From an uncultured Flavobacteriaceae bacterium (GTDB lineage: Bacteria > Bacteroidota > Bacteroidia > Flavobacteriales > Flavobacteriaceae): 47,731 bases of DNA. Below, piece after piece: positions 18,272-27,468 of this stretch. Position numbers and translations under genes: made by a program. Position 1 is the stretch's first letter, and every line of letters begins with the position of its first letter. Location: assembly GCA_964440415.1 (NCBI GenBank), contig CAYTSL010000001.1, positions 1-47,731 on the forward strand, given 5' to 3'. The notes below the pieces were generated by a model, which was not told the origin of the DNA, did not search any database, and was given only the letters and a program-made list of their open reading frames with translations.

Positions 18272-18312
18272 TTGTATAATTCTAAAAATAGACCTATACA
18301 AAAACCATACAT
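18272..18312 (-). promoter_or_regulatory. Candidate operator cluster in the 230-bp leader of the 1048-aa gene: inverted TATACAA (18272-18278) + CCTATACAAAAACCATACA (18293-18311)
   Basis: The 19-mer is identical to 768-786 and lies 87-105 nt upstream of the ATG at 18206, in the same orientation relative to its gene. Confidence 0.5.
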
Positions 18313-18436
18313 CAATAAATTGTTAAGCCTATAATGTTGATATGGAGCGTTTTAATTATTTTTTAAAAGTATCTAATTGGATTATACATACTTAATTAGA
18401 ATACGATGTATTGAATATGTTGATGCACTTTTTTGA

Positions 18437-19435
18437 CTATTCGGTATATTTATTTTTTATTACTTCAAAAGTCAGCTTCTTGTTTCTTTCAATATCAACC
18501 ATTCCCCAATATTCTTCATTTGGAGAACCGTCATATGGAACACCACTACTATTTGGGGCCCATCCTCCAGGATCTTGGGAGTCATTATTTCCGGCCTTCC
18601 ACCATCCATCTGTAAATGAGAACATGGCTACACCAGAACATATATCAGTAGAGTTAAAGACTGAATTTAAAATATTCTTGTTGGCATCTGCTTGCGCTTT
18701 TTCGTTATTCCCTTCTTCATAACCATCCCTTGAAATAGTCATATAGCTATCCCCTCCAGCTTCCGATAAATACATTGGTTTTGAACTAACTGCACTCCAT
18801 TGAGAAAAAATAGTTGTAGGATCATCCCAGCGATACACATTCATTCCCCAAACATCAATGTTTTTTGATAGTGAGAGAGCCAATGAATCAGGCAACTCAC
18901 CATGAGCAGTAGTCACTGGATGTGATGGGTCGTTTTCATGAATAAGTTGAGCAGCATTATTCATGGCATTATACCAGTTCTTTATATCTCCATCAAACCA
19001 TTCCGGATGATAGTTATACTCATTGCCAAGTTCCCACATTAAGATTGCGTTATGATTTTTATAGGTGTTTACATAATCTATAAATGAGCCTGAAAGAATA
19101 TCGAAGTTTCCGTCTTGGTTGTAACCAAAACCAAGAACAACTTTTAAACCTGCTGCTTCTATCTCATCGAGAACGGCTTTATCATCAATAGGAGAATATA
19201 CTCTGATAGTATTGATACCAGCCTCAACCATTAATTCTAAATCTTCAGTCAAGTTGCTGAAGTCTCTATTATCGCTTCCTTTTGGAACAGGATGATAACA
19301 GATTCCTTTAATGGTATAAGGAGAATCATTCACTAATATTTGCCTTTCAGAAGTAGTGGCAATATCTAAAGCAATTTTTTTAGTACAGCTCAAAAAAGTG
19401 ATTGCAATAAGTAAAAAATAAAGGTAATGCTTCAT
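18437..19435 (-). CDS. Clan GH-A glycoside hydrolase lipoprotein, possibly a GH158-type endo-beta-1,3-glucanase
   Basis: 332 aa with a lipoprotein signal (TFLSC). Motifs: ILVNDSPYTIKGICYH, TIRVY, WELGNEYNY (acid/base NE), MYLSEAGGD (nucleophile), FSFTDGWWKAG, EEYWGMV. The family assignment is tentative because no HMM search was possible. Confidence 0.6.
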   Translation of the reverse strand: MKHYLYFLLIAITFLSCTKKIALDIATTSERQILVNDSPYTIKGICYHPVPKGSDNRDFSNLTEDLELMVEAGINTIRVYSPIDDKAVLDEIEAAGLKVVLGFGYNQDGNFDILSGSFIDYVNTYKNHNAILMWELGNEYNYHPEWFDGDIKNWYNAMNNAAQLIHENDPSHPVTTAHGELPDSLALSLSKNIDVWGMNVYRWDDPTTIFSQWSAVSSKPMYLSEAGGDSYMTISRDGYEEGNNEKAQADANKNILNSVFNSTDICSGVAMFSFTDGWWKAGNNDSQDPGGWAPNSSGVPYDGSPNEEYWGMVDIERNKKLTFEVIKNKYTE

Positions 19436-19459
19436 TGTCTCGATTTTAATTATACAGTT

Positions 19460-20737
19460 CTATTCTGCAGAAGGAGGAACCAAAACGGTGTCCATTAACG
19501 CTTCTTTGTCTCCATTAAACGTTTTTGTTATTGGATTCCCATTTCTTGTTAAGCCTTCAAACGTTCCATTGTCCACTAAATCCCATATGACATATTTAGC
19601 TTTACCTTCTACTGTGAATAGCCCAAAGTGCTTTTCTGAATTACCAGGATTGTTTCCACCTTTCCAAGGTTCATCAAAGCCCTCGAAGTAAAAACAAGAT
19701 AATCCTGCTTCATTTGTCCAATCACGCATGTGTTTGTAATACAGTGCTTCTTTATATTCGTCGGATGATTTGGACCCTTTAGGGCCATAATAACCAGTTG
19801 ACACGCTTGCCCATCCGGTTTCGCCAACATGAATAGGTTTATTAACACCTAAACTTTTCATATAATCTTCTACGGATTGATATTGAGACATGGCATATTT
19901 TTTCGCTCTCAACATAGCCGAATCAATTATTTCTAAATCTGTCATTTCTTCTTGGCCTTCTGATTCTAACCAAAATTCAGGTTGATAATGTGTGTCATGC
20001 ATGGGATAGGTATGCATTGAAATAAAATCTACAGCTTTAATTAATGCGTTTAAATCTTCGACATGATATTCTTCACCACCGCCTCCCCAGGACGCAAAAT
20101 TATCTGAACTTGTAATCCACAAATCTTTAGGCAACTTTCCAGAATTTTTCAATTCTTGCAAATGATTTACCCATTTTAAGATGACGTTTGGCTGCACATA
20201 ATAACTCGCAGCCCATTTTACCATGGCCTCATTTCCTACAGCAATTACTTTTACTATATCTGGATATTGATTTGCAAGTCTCACCGCCTCTTCAATTTGA
20301 GGAGCATTGGCTTCGCTTTCCTGATTGTGATCAGGTGTTTCATCTGTGAATGCATTTTTACAATCTATCCAAGCGCCTAACATCAAATACATTTCAAAGT
20401 CAGGATCTTCTTTTTTTAATTCTGAAATTGCCTTTAATATATTAGAAGCTTGTGGTAAATGCACTTTATAAGTACGTAAGATTCTGATTCCCATTGCAGA
20501 TAATAGTTTCATATCTTCCTTGATTTCATCTAATGTTGGTTCAATATCATGATCCACATATCTATACCCTCCATAGGACATTGCCAAATATTTAGGGTTT
20601 CCTAAAATGTCTTTTGCTGTTAAATTTAATTGCTCCTTCACGGTATTAGTATTACTCTCTTTGTTAGTCTTGTTGTTACATGAAAATGTTAGGATCACAG
20701 TTAAAAAATAAACAATAATTTTTACGTTTTTCATCAT
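19460..20737 (-). CDS. GH17-family beta-1,3-glucanase lipoprotein
   Basis: 425 aa with a lipoprotein signal (LTFSC). Motifs: RILRTY, AVGNEAMV, IHVGETGWAS, FYFEGFDEPWKG, EKHFGLF. Confidence 0.85.
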   Translation of the reverse strand: MMKNVKIIVYFLTVILTFSCNNKTNKESNTNTVKEQLNLTAKDILGNPKYLAMSYGGYRYVDHDIEPTLDEIKEDMKLLSAMGIRILRTYKVHLPQASNILKAISELKKEDPDFEMYLMLGAWIDCKNAFTDETPDHNQESEANAPQIEEAVRLANQYPDIVKVIAVGNEAMVKWAASYYVQPNVILKWVNHLQELKNSGKLPKDLWITSSDNFASWGGGGEEYHVEDLNALIKAVDFISMHTYPMHDTHYQPEFWLESEGQEEMTDLEIIDSAMLRAKKYAMSQYQSVEDYMKSLGVNKPIHVGETGWASVSTGYYGPKGSKSSDEYKEALYYKHMRDWTNEAGLSCFYFEGFDEPWKGGNNPGNSEKHFGLFTVEGKAKYVIWDLVDNGTFEGLTRNGNPITKTFNGDKEALMDTVLVPPSAE

Positions 20738-20751
20738 GCCTTAATCTTTAC

Positions 20752-23700
20752 TTATTTTATTATTGAAACTATTATTTGATCGATCTCTCCTGTTCTTTCA
20801 AACACCTTTTTACTTGTCTCCTTATTAAGGCTAAGGCCTTCAAAGTTTTGTGGAGCAGAATCATTAAATATAATTTGTACACTTTCTGTTTCCGATAACT
20901 TATAGATTACAGGAATTTGACAATATGTAAAGCAAAGTGAATTTTTTTCCAACTCAATTTGCTTTTCTTGGCTATTTACATCCAGATAATTGAAGGTTTC
21001 AGGTTCTTTTAGGAACTCTTCTTTTCTTAATAAGCCAGGATTAAAATGTAATTTACCATCGTGAACTAACACGCCTAATTCACCAAACCTGCTTAAAATA
21101 TCTTCTTTTACCTGACCTGTCATTCCTGGTTGTTGGGCACCTTTTCCTCCAGGAGTATGAGAATATGGATCTGTAGGGAAAGCGCCATATAATTCCGGAG
21201 ATTTGTGAACGCCTATTCCTTCATAAATTTCATAGAAATGTTCTAATAGTTTTCCTATGGTCACTTCACTTTCCTTATTCTCAATTGCTAACAAACAAGT
21301 TTCCATAACACTGAGTAATAATTTTGAAACCATATGCCAATAGATAGATCCTAATCCTTCGAATCCGAAGAATGTTCCAGATCTTCCAGTAAATGATTTA
21401 TGGTCGAACACCTCTTCAAAGACATCCAGTAATAATGCTCTATCTTTTTCTATAAGTTCCTGGTACTTTTCTACAGGCAACTTTGATAGTGCTGCTTTTA
21501 GACTATTTGCGTTGTTGAAATTGCCATTAAAATGGTAGTTACCTGCGGTATCCTTTTCAATAATTTGAGTGTTTCCATCCTCTAACAGCTGCTTTAATAA
21601 CTTCGATTCTTTTACCTTTTTAGAAGGAATAATATTTTTCTTAAAGAATCTGTGGAGTTCCTTATTTGGGTACAATATATAGCTATATTGATCCTCCCTG
21701 AACAAAGCGCTTCTTTTTAAGGCATCCAAAAGTTCTAAGGAGTCCTTTCCTGAAATATATCCTGAACTTAACACTGCGACCTGACCTTCTAACATTTCTG
21801 GTAAATAAGAAATGGATACTTCTGAATCACTTTTAACAGTCATCAAATTATATGAATGGTAAAGTTTATCTTCTCGTTTATTTGCATCGATTGAATGTTC
21901 AAGGTATTTTTTAGAGATTTCCAGGAATGCCAACAATCCCTTTTTAGTGATGGTTCCCTTGTCGCTGGAAAAACCATTATCGTATATATTCAATCTATAT
22001 TCACTGCCTGCGTTTCCGAGTCCATCCAAGATAGTTTTTCTTTCTGAGTCTGAAATCTTGCCGGAAAGTAAATGAACATTATCTTTAAACGTCTCATGTA
22101 CCTTATTAAAAAAGTTGGCCAATTCAATTGAAACTTCGTTACTTTCTTCAGGAATATTTTCAATTAAACCTTCAAAGAAATTTAAAAATCGTCGCAAATA
22201 GTTTAATGTAACCATTGAAACGCCGTTACCTACCAATGCATTATTGGCATCATTCCATTCGGGTCTTTGGGTATTCATCCAAATACCTGCTTCAGGGATG
22301 AAGTTGGATAGTTTTGCCAATACGGTTGCTAAAAGCTTCTCTAGAAGATTGACTTTATAAATGAAGAAATTTTCATCTCTAAGTAAATTTCCATCAGCAC
22401 CCAATTCAATCCTTTTTTGACTGATTCGTTCATCAGATTCGTGATCAAAATCTATGGTGTCTTTCGGATTAATTAAAATGTCCTCGTAACTTTTTATTCT
22501 GTAAGGTACGTTTGCATAAACAAAGATTTCCTGACTAAAGTAAGCTCCTAACTGATTAGGATAATAATTCTCGATGAACTCTAAAAACTTAAGTAAATAG
22601 ACAATCTGATGATCTCCCCAATAACCTATATAGGACCAAGGATCGTCTGGCTCTATGATTTCCCAATCAATACCACCTTTAGTTACACGATATGGGTTAT
22701 ATCCATCAAAAGTTGTTGCATTCAAAAATTTATGGATCATGCTCTCTATAAATTCGGGATACGAATGAGCAAGAGCTTCCCAGTTTTGAAAAATATCTCT
22801 CCAGTTACCTTCATAATCTAAAATTTTTGAGCCATCTTCATGTGTCGTATTAATGGAAAATTTATTCCATGGTCTACTAGGATCGCCATGTCTTCTGCTA
22901 AATTTGAGCGGCATGTATTCAAAACAAAGTCTTTTTAGGTTCTTATCCGTATCTTTATTTGCGATGTCTCTTAAATATTTAAGAGTAAACAAGTCCGGAA
23001 GATTTGCTAACAGATCTTCTTTTTTCTTCCTAACTTTTTTATTGGCATTCTCAATGTATTTTATAAAATCGTCTTTTTCGATATTATAGTTATTATCAAA
23101 AATACCACCTCTCATAATATTAAAAAGGGTATTGGAAAAATGTCTGGTATTTTTTAACCTGTCGGCTGTTAACTGCATTCCATCAGATGCTCCATCTAGT
23201 TCCAACAAACGTTTTGACCCTAAATCTATATCATGTTGGACCAATACAGAAAGATTGGTTTCATTTTTTATTTTTCCCGCAATCTTTGTAATCCCAACCA
23301 TCGATTGACTAACATCGGCAACTATCATCCATGTTTTTTCTCCTTGACTCTTCAGAGCCAAATTAGAGCTAATAAAATATGCTCCTTTTTCAGCTTTTAT
23401 GTCAATTTCTTGAACTACTTCTTGCCCTTTTCTGAAATCATCTAGCTGCAGTGAGGATATCAAGTATTTTGGATTATCGATCCCAATAGACCATGCCACT
23501 GTAGCTTTTAGGGCTTCACTTGGTTCAGCTTTATCAACAATGATAGCACTTAAAGCATATATACCTAATCCCAATTCGGCCTCTAATTCGCATTTTTTAT
23601 AGGCATCTACTAAATTACTTCTGGTATTCTGTAAATCTGAAGGAACGCCATGAGGAAGTATATTTTGAATACCATCTAAAACTGTAATTTTAACTTCAGA

Positions 23701-24210
23701 ATTAGAATTGTTAACCAAGGTCGATTTTTTAACAAACCCAAATTCATTACTAGAATTCCATTGATACCTGAAAGTGAGCCCCAGATCAGAATTGACTTCT
23801 TCAAAAATGATCTTGTTCCCAATGTTGTTTTTATACAGGTTTCTCTGAATTGAATAGATTCCCTCATATTTATCAGAAAATGGTTCCCATAAATATGTAG
23901 CAGCTTCAGCATGAACTTGAAGGATGGTTTTACTACCAGTTAAGTCTGCTGATTCTGTTATTTTATCGTCTGTATAATATGGAAACAAAGATGATTCACT
24001 GTCTTTTCTACCTGCTGAAAGTCCTCCATTACTCGAAATGAACATCCAATGATTGCAATCACTTACGATACTCATGAAGAAGGGTCTCATTGCATCGGAA
24101 TTGGAAATTTTGTAATAATTTTCATTATCAATAATAACCAGATCACCTTTGACATCTTTAGTGTCAAAGGATGTTTTGTTTTTTCCTATATAAATAGTAT
24201 TTGGTTTCAT
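20752..24210 (-). CDS. Large cytoplasmic glycoside-phosphorylase-like protein, candidate GH149 (or GH161/GH94-related) beta-1,3-glucan phosphorylase
   Basis: 1152 aa with no signal peptide. The segment RPEWNDANNALVGNG resembles the catalytic (D/E)WND..N region of GH94-type phosphorylases. Other motifs are RRHGDPSRPWNKF and GNWRDIFQNWEA. The size and the beta-1,3-glucan locus context fit what is known of bacterial GH149 members. Confidence 0.55.
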   Translation of the reverse strand: MKPNTIYIGKNKTSFDTKDVKGDLVIIDNENYYKISNSDAMRPFFMSIVSDCNHWMFISSNGGLSAGRKDSESSLFPYYTDDKITESADLTGSKTILQVHAEAATYLWEPFSDKYEGIYSIQRNLYKNNIGNKIIFEEVNSDLGLTFRYQWNSSNEFGFVKKSTLVNNSNSEVKITVLDGIQNILPHGVPSDLQNTRSNLVDAYKKCELEAELGLGIYALSAIIVDKAEPSEALKATVAWSIGIDNPKYLISSLQLDDFRKGQEVVQEIDIKAEKGAYFISSNLALKSQGEKTWMIVADVSQSMVGITKIAGKIKNETNLSVLVQHDIDLGSKRLLELDGASDGMQLTADRLKNTRHFSNTLFNIMRGGIFDNNYNIEKDDFIKYIENANKKVRKKKEDLLANLPDLFTLKYLRDIANKDTDKNLKRLCFEYMPLKFSRRHGDPSRPWNKFSINTTHEDGSKILDYEGNWRDIFQNWEALAHSYPEFIESMIHKFLNATTFDGYNPYRVTKGGIDWEIIEPDDPWSYIGYWGDHQIVYLLKFLEFIENYYPNQLGAYFSQEIFVYANVPYRIKSYEDILINPKDTIDFDHESDERISQKRIELGADGNLLRDENFFIYKVNLLEKLLATVLAKLSNFIPEAGIWMNTQRPEWNDANNALVGNGVSMVTLNYLRRFLNFFEGLIENIPEESNEVSIELANFFNKVHETFKDNVHLLSGKISDSERKTILDGLGNAGSEYRLNIYDNGFSSDKGTITKKGLLAFLEISKKYLEHSIDANKREDKLYHSYNLMTVKSDSEVSISYLPEMLEGQVAVLSSGYISGKDSLELLDALKRSALFREDQYSYILYPNKELHRFFKKNIIPSKKVKESKLLKQLLEDGNTQIIEKDTAGNYHFNGNFNNANSLKAALSKLPVEKYQELIEKDRALLLDVFEEVFDHKSFTGRSGTFFGFEGLGSIYWHMVSKLLLSVMETCLLAIENKESEVTIGKLLEHFYEIYEGIGVHKSPELYGAFPTDPYSHTPGGKGAQQPGMTGQVKEDILSRFGELGVLVHDGKLHFNPGLLRKEEFLKEPETFNYLDVNSQEKQIELEKNSLCFTYCQIPVIYKLSETESVQIIFNDSAPQNFEGLSLNKETSKKVFERTGEIDQIIVSIIK

Positions 24211-24284
24211 TAATTGTAGCTTTTTTGGTTTGTTTTAATTAACCTGATTAGTTGAATATTCTATTACTAATACCATATCTGTTA

Positions 24285-25826
24285 CTATGATTTTATTAAT
24301 AACTCTTCTACTTGTTCCAAAGTTTTACCTTTGGTCTCAATTACAAATTTATAGACGAAGAATACTGCACATAAAGACAGCAGTGCATAAATTGCAAACG
24401 TCATTGTTGGTCCTAAATTCGATAGTTCCCATGGAAAGACCTGCGTTACTGAAAAGCTTATCAAAGAATTGAAAAAACCAACAACAGATATTGCTATTCC
24501 TTTTATTTTACTAGGGAAGATCTCAGAGATCAACGTCCACATAACAGGCCCGAGTGATATTGCAAAGGATGCAACATATAATAAAATAGCTATCAGAACC
24601 AAAGTGGCGTTTATTTGAATAAAATTGGTAATTTCATTTCGTTTGAATTTTAAGAATTGCTCTTCATTAAGTTTGGTTTGTACTTCTGTAAAAAGAACTG
24701 ATTGACCATCAAATGATTTGCCACTTAAATCGGCTAAAGCTGTCTTAATTTCAGGGTCACTTACTTTACTTAAGGTTTTTTCATTAAAATCATAGCTTGC
24801 ATTATTAAAAGCAAACGTAGCCATTAACAATGCAATTGTCATAAATGAGGTACCAATAAGAAGAAGCGGTTTTCTGCCCAGTCTATCAATCAACCAGATT
24901 GCAACAAGCGTAAAAACCAAATTAGTAAGTCCAACGACTATAGCCTGCAAAAAGGATGAATCCGTACTACCTCCCGCTTGTTCAAAAATTGTTGGCGCAT
25001 AGTAGAATACTGCATTTATACCTGTGATCTGTTGGAAAAATGCAATCCCTAAAGCTATTATCATGATGGTTGCATATCTACTTGAAAACAGATCGGCCAA
25101 TCGACCTTTAGATTCTTTTTTAGCAACGCCTCTTTGAATTTCTGCAATTGTGGTATCGGCATATTCTTCCCCTCCAATTTTTGCTAATGTTTTGCTTGCC
25201 AGCTCGACCTTATTCAACTTTAATATCAACCATCTAGGGCTTCTAGGAACTGTCCATAGTGCCGCAAAATATATAAATGCAGGAATAGCTTCGACTCCTA
25301 ACATCCATCTCCAGCTTTCACCTTCCATATTAACAAGAAAGTAGTTAGAAAAATAGGCGACTGAAATACCAATAACAATATTTAATTGGTTGAAGGAAAC
25401 CAGGCTCCCACGTAGTTTAGGAGGTGCTATTTCTGCAATATAAATTGGTGCAATTAATATAGCACCACCAATTCCAATTCCACCAATTATTCTGGCTATA
25501 ATAAATTCAGTATAACCAGTAGAAAGTGCAGACCAGGTTGCTGAAACTGTAAAAAGTGCGGCAACAACTATAAGAATGTTTTTTCTACCAAAGCGATCGC
25601 TCATGGGTCCTGCTAGTAAATTCCCAGCCATGGCACCAAAAACAACACAGCCAACAGAAAATCCTAACATCCATTCTGTCATCTCAAAATAGATGGTGAT
25701 TCCCTTAACAGCACCAGAAATAACGGCACTGTCAAACCCTAATAAAAAGCCTCCCAATGCAACAATTAAACTAATTAAAACAGTATACGATTTGTTCAAT
25801 TGCATTTTAGGTTCCTGACTTTTCAT
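24285..25826 (-). CDS. MFS sugar-porter family transporter
   Basis: 513 aa. Sugar-porter signatures: DRFGRKN, PRSPRWL, ETKGKTLEQVEEL. It has 12 TM-like segments plus an unusual ~65-aa insertion (residues ~341-407). Confidence 0.85.
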   Translation of the reverse strand: MKSQEPKMQLNKSYTVLISLIVALGGFLLGFDSAVISGAVKGITIYFEMTEWMLGFSVGCVVFGAMAGNLLAGPMSDRFGRKNILIVVAALFTVSATWSALSTGYTEFIIARIIGGIGIGGAILIAPIYIAEIAPPKLRGSLVSFNQLNIVIGISVAYFSNYFLVNMEGESWRWMLGVEAIPAFIYFAALWTVPRSPRWLILKLNKVELASKTLAKIGGEEYADTTIAEIQRGVAKKESKGRLADLFSSRYATIMIIALGIAFFQQITGINAVFYYAPTIFEQAGGSTDSSFLQAIVVGLTNLVFTLVAIWLIDRLGRKPLLLIGTSFMTIALLMATFAFNNASYDFNEKTLSKVSDPEIKTALADLSGKSFDGQSVLFTEVQTKLNEEQFLKFKRNEITNFIQINATLVLIAILLYVASFAISLGPVMWTLISEIFPSKIKGIAISVVGFFNSLISFSVTQVFPWELSNLGPTMTFAIYALLSLCAVFFVYKFVIETKGKTLEQVEELLIKS

Positions 25827-25846
25827 ATTGGTTGGTTATTTTGTTA

Positions 25847-27340
25847 TTACAGAATAATTGTTTGAATTGATCGTGCAGGCATATTTAAGGTTGCCGTTTT
25901 ACCTTGAATGGTTAGCATATACTCCAATTCATTGTCACTTTCATTTAAGGCAACCACCACTAAACTTCCATCAGTATTGATAAAAGAAGTTGCACTCAAA
26001 TGGTTTGCAGTTGTTCCTGTGGTCAGTCTTTTAGCTCCTGGGCGAATAAATTTAGAAAAATGACCAATGTAGTAATAGGAGTTGGTAAATGTAAGCATGC
26101 CTGTTTGGGTGTTTCCATGAACTGGTGCAAAACATAAGTTTCCTACATGATTTGGGCCTCCTTTTTCATCCAGTAAAATATTCCAGTCGGTCCAGGCAAC
26201 TGTTCCGTTGTTAAAATCGTTGATCATTGATTTAGCATAGCGTTCGGCTAGTTTTGGATCTTCAATTCTATCTAAATCATAAGCTTCGTTACAACCTTCA
26301 GTGAAAATCAATTTTTTATCTGGAAAGGCTTCATTCACAGCTCCAACATTCTTGAACATTGGTGTACCGTCTTTCCAATCTTCATACCAATGAAAACCAG
26401 TTCCCCAAACATACTTATTCGCTTCAGGGTCATTTAAAATGACATTGGCTCGCTCGAACAACAGGTCTCTGTTATGATCCCAGACAATAATATTTTTATC
26501 GCCTAAACCTTCTTTTTCAAGAGTTGGACCTAAATAATTCTTTAAAAAATCGCGTTCTTCTTCTGCAGTATAAATGCACGATTCCCAACGTTGAACTGCC
26601 ATTGGTTCATTTTGAATGGATAGTCCCCAAATTGGAATCCCTTCTTTTTCGTATGCCTTTATGAACTTAGCATAGTAGTTTGCCCAAGGTTGATAAAAAT
26701 CAGGTTTCAATTTACCTCCTTGCAACATATTATTATTAGTTTTCATGAATGCAGGAGGACTCCATGGGCTAGCGAACATAACTAAGTCGCCTCCAGCAGC
26801 CTCAATAGCCAATTTAGTAAATGGAATTCTAAACTCCTTATCATGATCGATATTAAAAGTGTTTAAATCTTTATCGCCTTCTTCAACATAAGTATAGCTG
26901 TAAGGAGAAAAGTCGCAACTGTGAATAATAGTTCTCCCCAACGAGTATCCTATACCTTTATCCAGACTATAATAAGCCTCCATGAATAATTTTTGTTGAT
27001 CCTTATTAAGTTTATAGAACGTTTCGGCAGAAGCATCAGTCAAGGCAGCTCCAATGCCTACAAAAGTCTGATGTTCTTTAGAAGGATTTACCAATATAGA
27101 AGCCTGTGTTTCTAATGGTTGGCCAAAATCAGAAAACTCTATTTTTTCTGAAGTCAACTGTAATTTCACATCATTTCCTGCTGTTGTCGTGTAGACCTTG
27201 CTTTTAGAAAAATCCAAATCGAATGAATTATTAAGTGTTGTAGTTTCGTTTTTTGTTGGTTCTGTTTTTTCCTTGCATCCAATCAATGAAGTAAAAATGA
27301 TTGAAACGAGGATTAATTTTAAATTAGAATTTTGCAGCAT
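25847..27340 (-). CDS. GH30-family glycoside hydrolase lipoprotein (second copy)
   Basis: 497 aa with a lipoprotein signal (LIGC). Motifs: GIGAALTDAS, ASPWSPPAFMK, SIQNEP (acid/base), LIFTEGC. It is a diverged paralog of 8414..9907. Confidence 0.85.
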   Translation of the reverse strand: MLQNSNLKLILVSIIFTSLIGCKEKTEPTKNETTTLNNSFDLDFSKSKVYTTTAGNDVKLQLTSEKIEFSDFGQPLETQASILVNPSKEHQTFVGIGAALTDASAETFYKLNKDQQKLFMEAYYSLDKGIGYSLGRTIIHSCDFSPYSYTYVEEGDKDLNTFNIDHDKEFRIPFTKLAIEAAGGDLVMFASPWSPPAFMKTNNNMLQGGKLKPDFYQPWANYYAKFIKAYEKEGIPIWGLSIQNEPMAVQRWESCIYTAEEERDFLKNYLGPTLEKEGLGDKNIIVWDHNRDLLFERANVILNDPEANKYVWGTGFHWYEDWKDGTPMFKNVGAVNEAFPDKKLIFTEGCNEAYDLDRIEDPKLAERYAKSMINDFNNGTVAWTDWNILLDEKGGPNHVGNLCFAPVHGNTQTGMLTFTNSYYYIGHFSKFIRPGAKRLTTGTTANHLSATSFINTDGSLVVVALNESDNELEYMLTIQGKTATLNMPARSIQTIIL

Positions 27341-27385
27341 GATTATATAATTTTTTACTTAAGAGTAGTTATTTATAAAATTAAC

Positions 27386-27421
27386 AAAAAAAGGCCAGTA
27401 AGTGAATACCTGGCCTTTTTT
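27386..27421. terminator. Symmetric rho-independent terminator (A-run, GGCCAG-N11-CTGGCC, T-run)
   Basis: Read directly from the sequence: AAAAAAAGGCCAGTAAGTGAATACCTGGCCTTTTTT. It lies 48 nt downstream of the GH16 stop at 27469 and works in either orientation. Confidence 0.7.
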
Positions 27422-27468
27422 ATTAATGGACTAATTTAAACAAATTATTGATAAACATTTATTAATAA

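Noticed and set aside
18411-18722. Plus-strand ORFs 18411..18722 and 18433..18615, starting in the module A/B intergenic region
   Set aside because: Most of their length is antisense to the 3' end of the 332-aa GH-A gene. The translations have no recognisable features and are more simply explained as chance ORFs in AT-rich DNA.
1612-25344. Remaining short ORFs inside the large minus-strand genes, either antisense or same-strand in an alternative frame (e.g. 1612..1803, 2018..2203, 3037..3282, 3295..3477, 3848..4186, 4229..4432, 5216..5500, 6792..7067, 8148..8333, 8821..9093, 13423..13647, 13669..13857, 14095..14298, 15661..16127, 15881..16069, 16491..16718, 17331..17812, 19488..19848, 22609..23445, 23676..23912, 24287..24472, 25150..25344)
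   Set aside because: All are nested in longer ORFs that have clear family motifs. None shows motifs or signals of its own.
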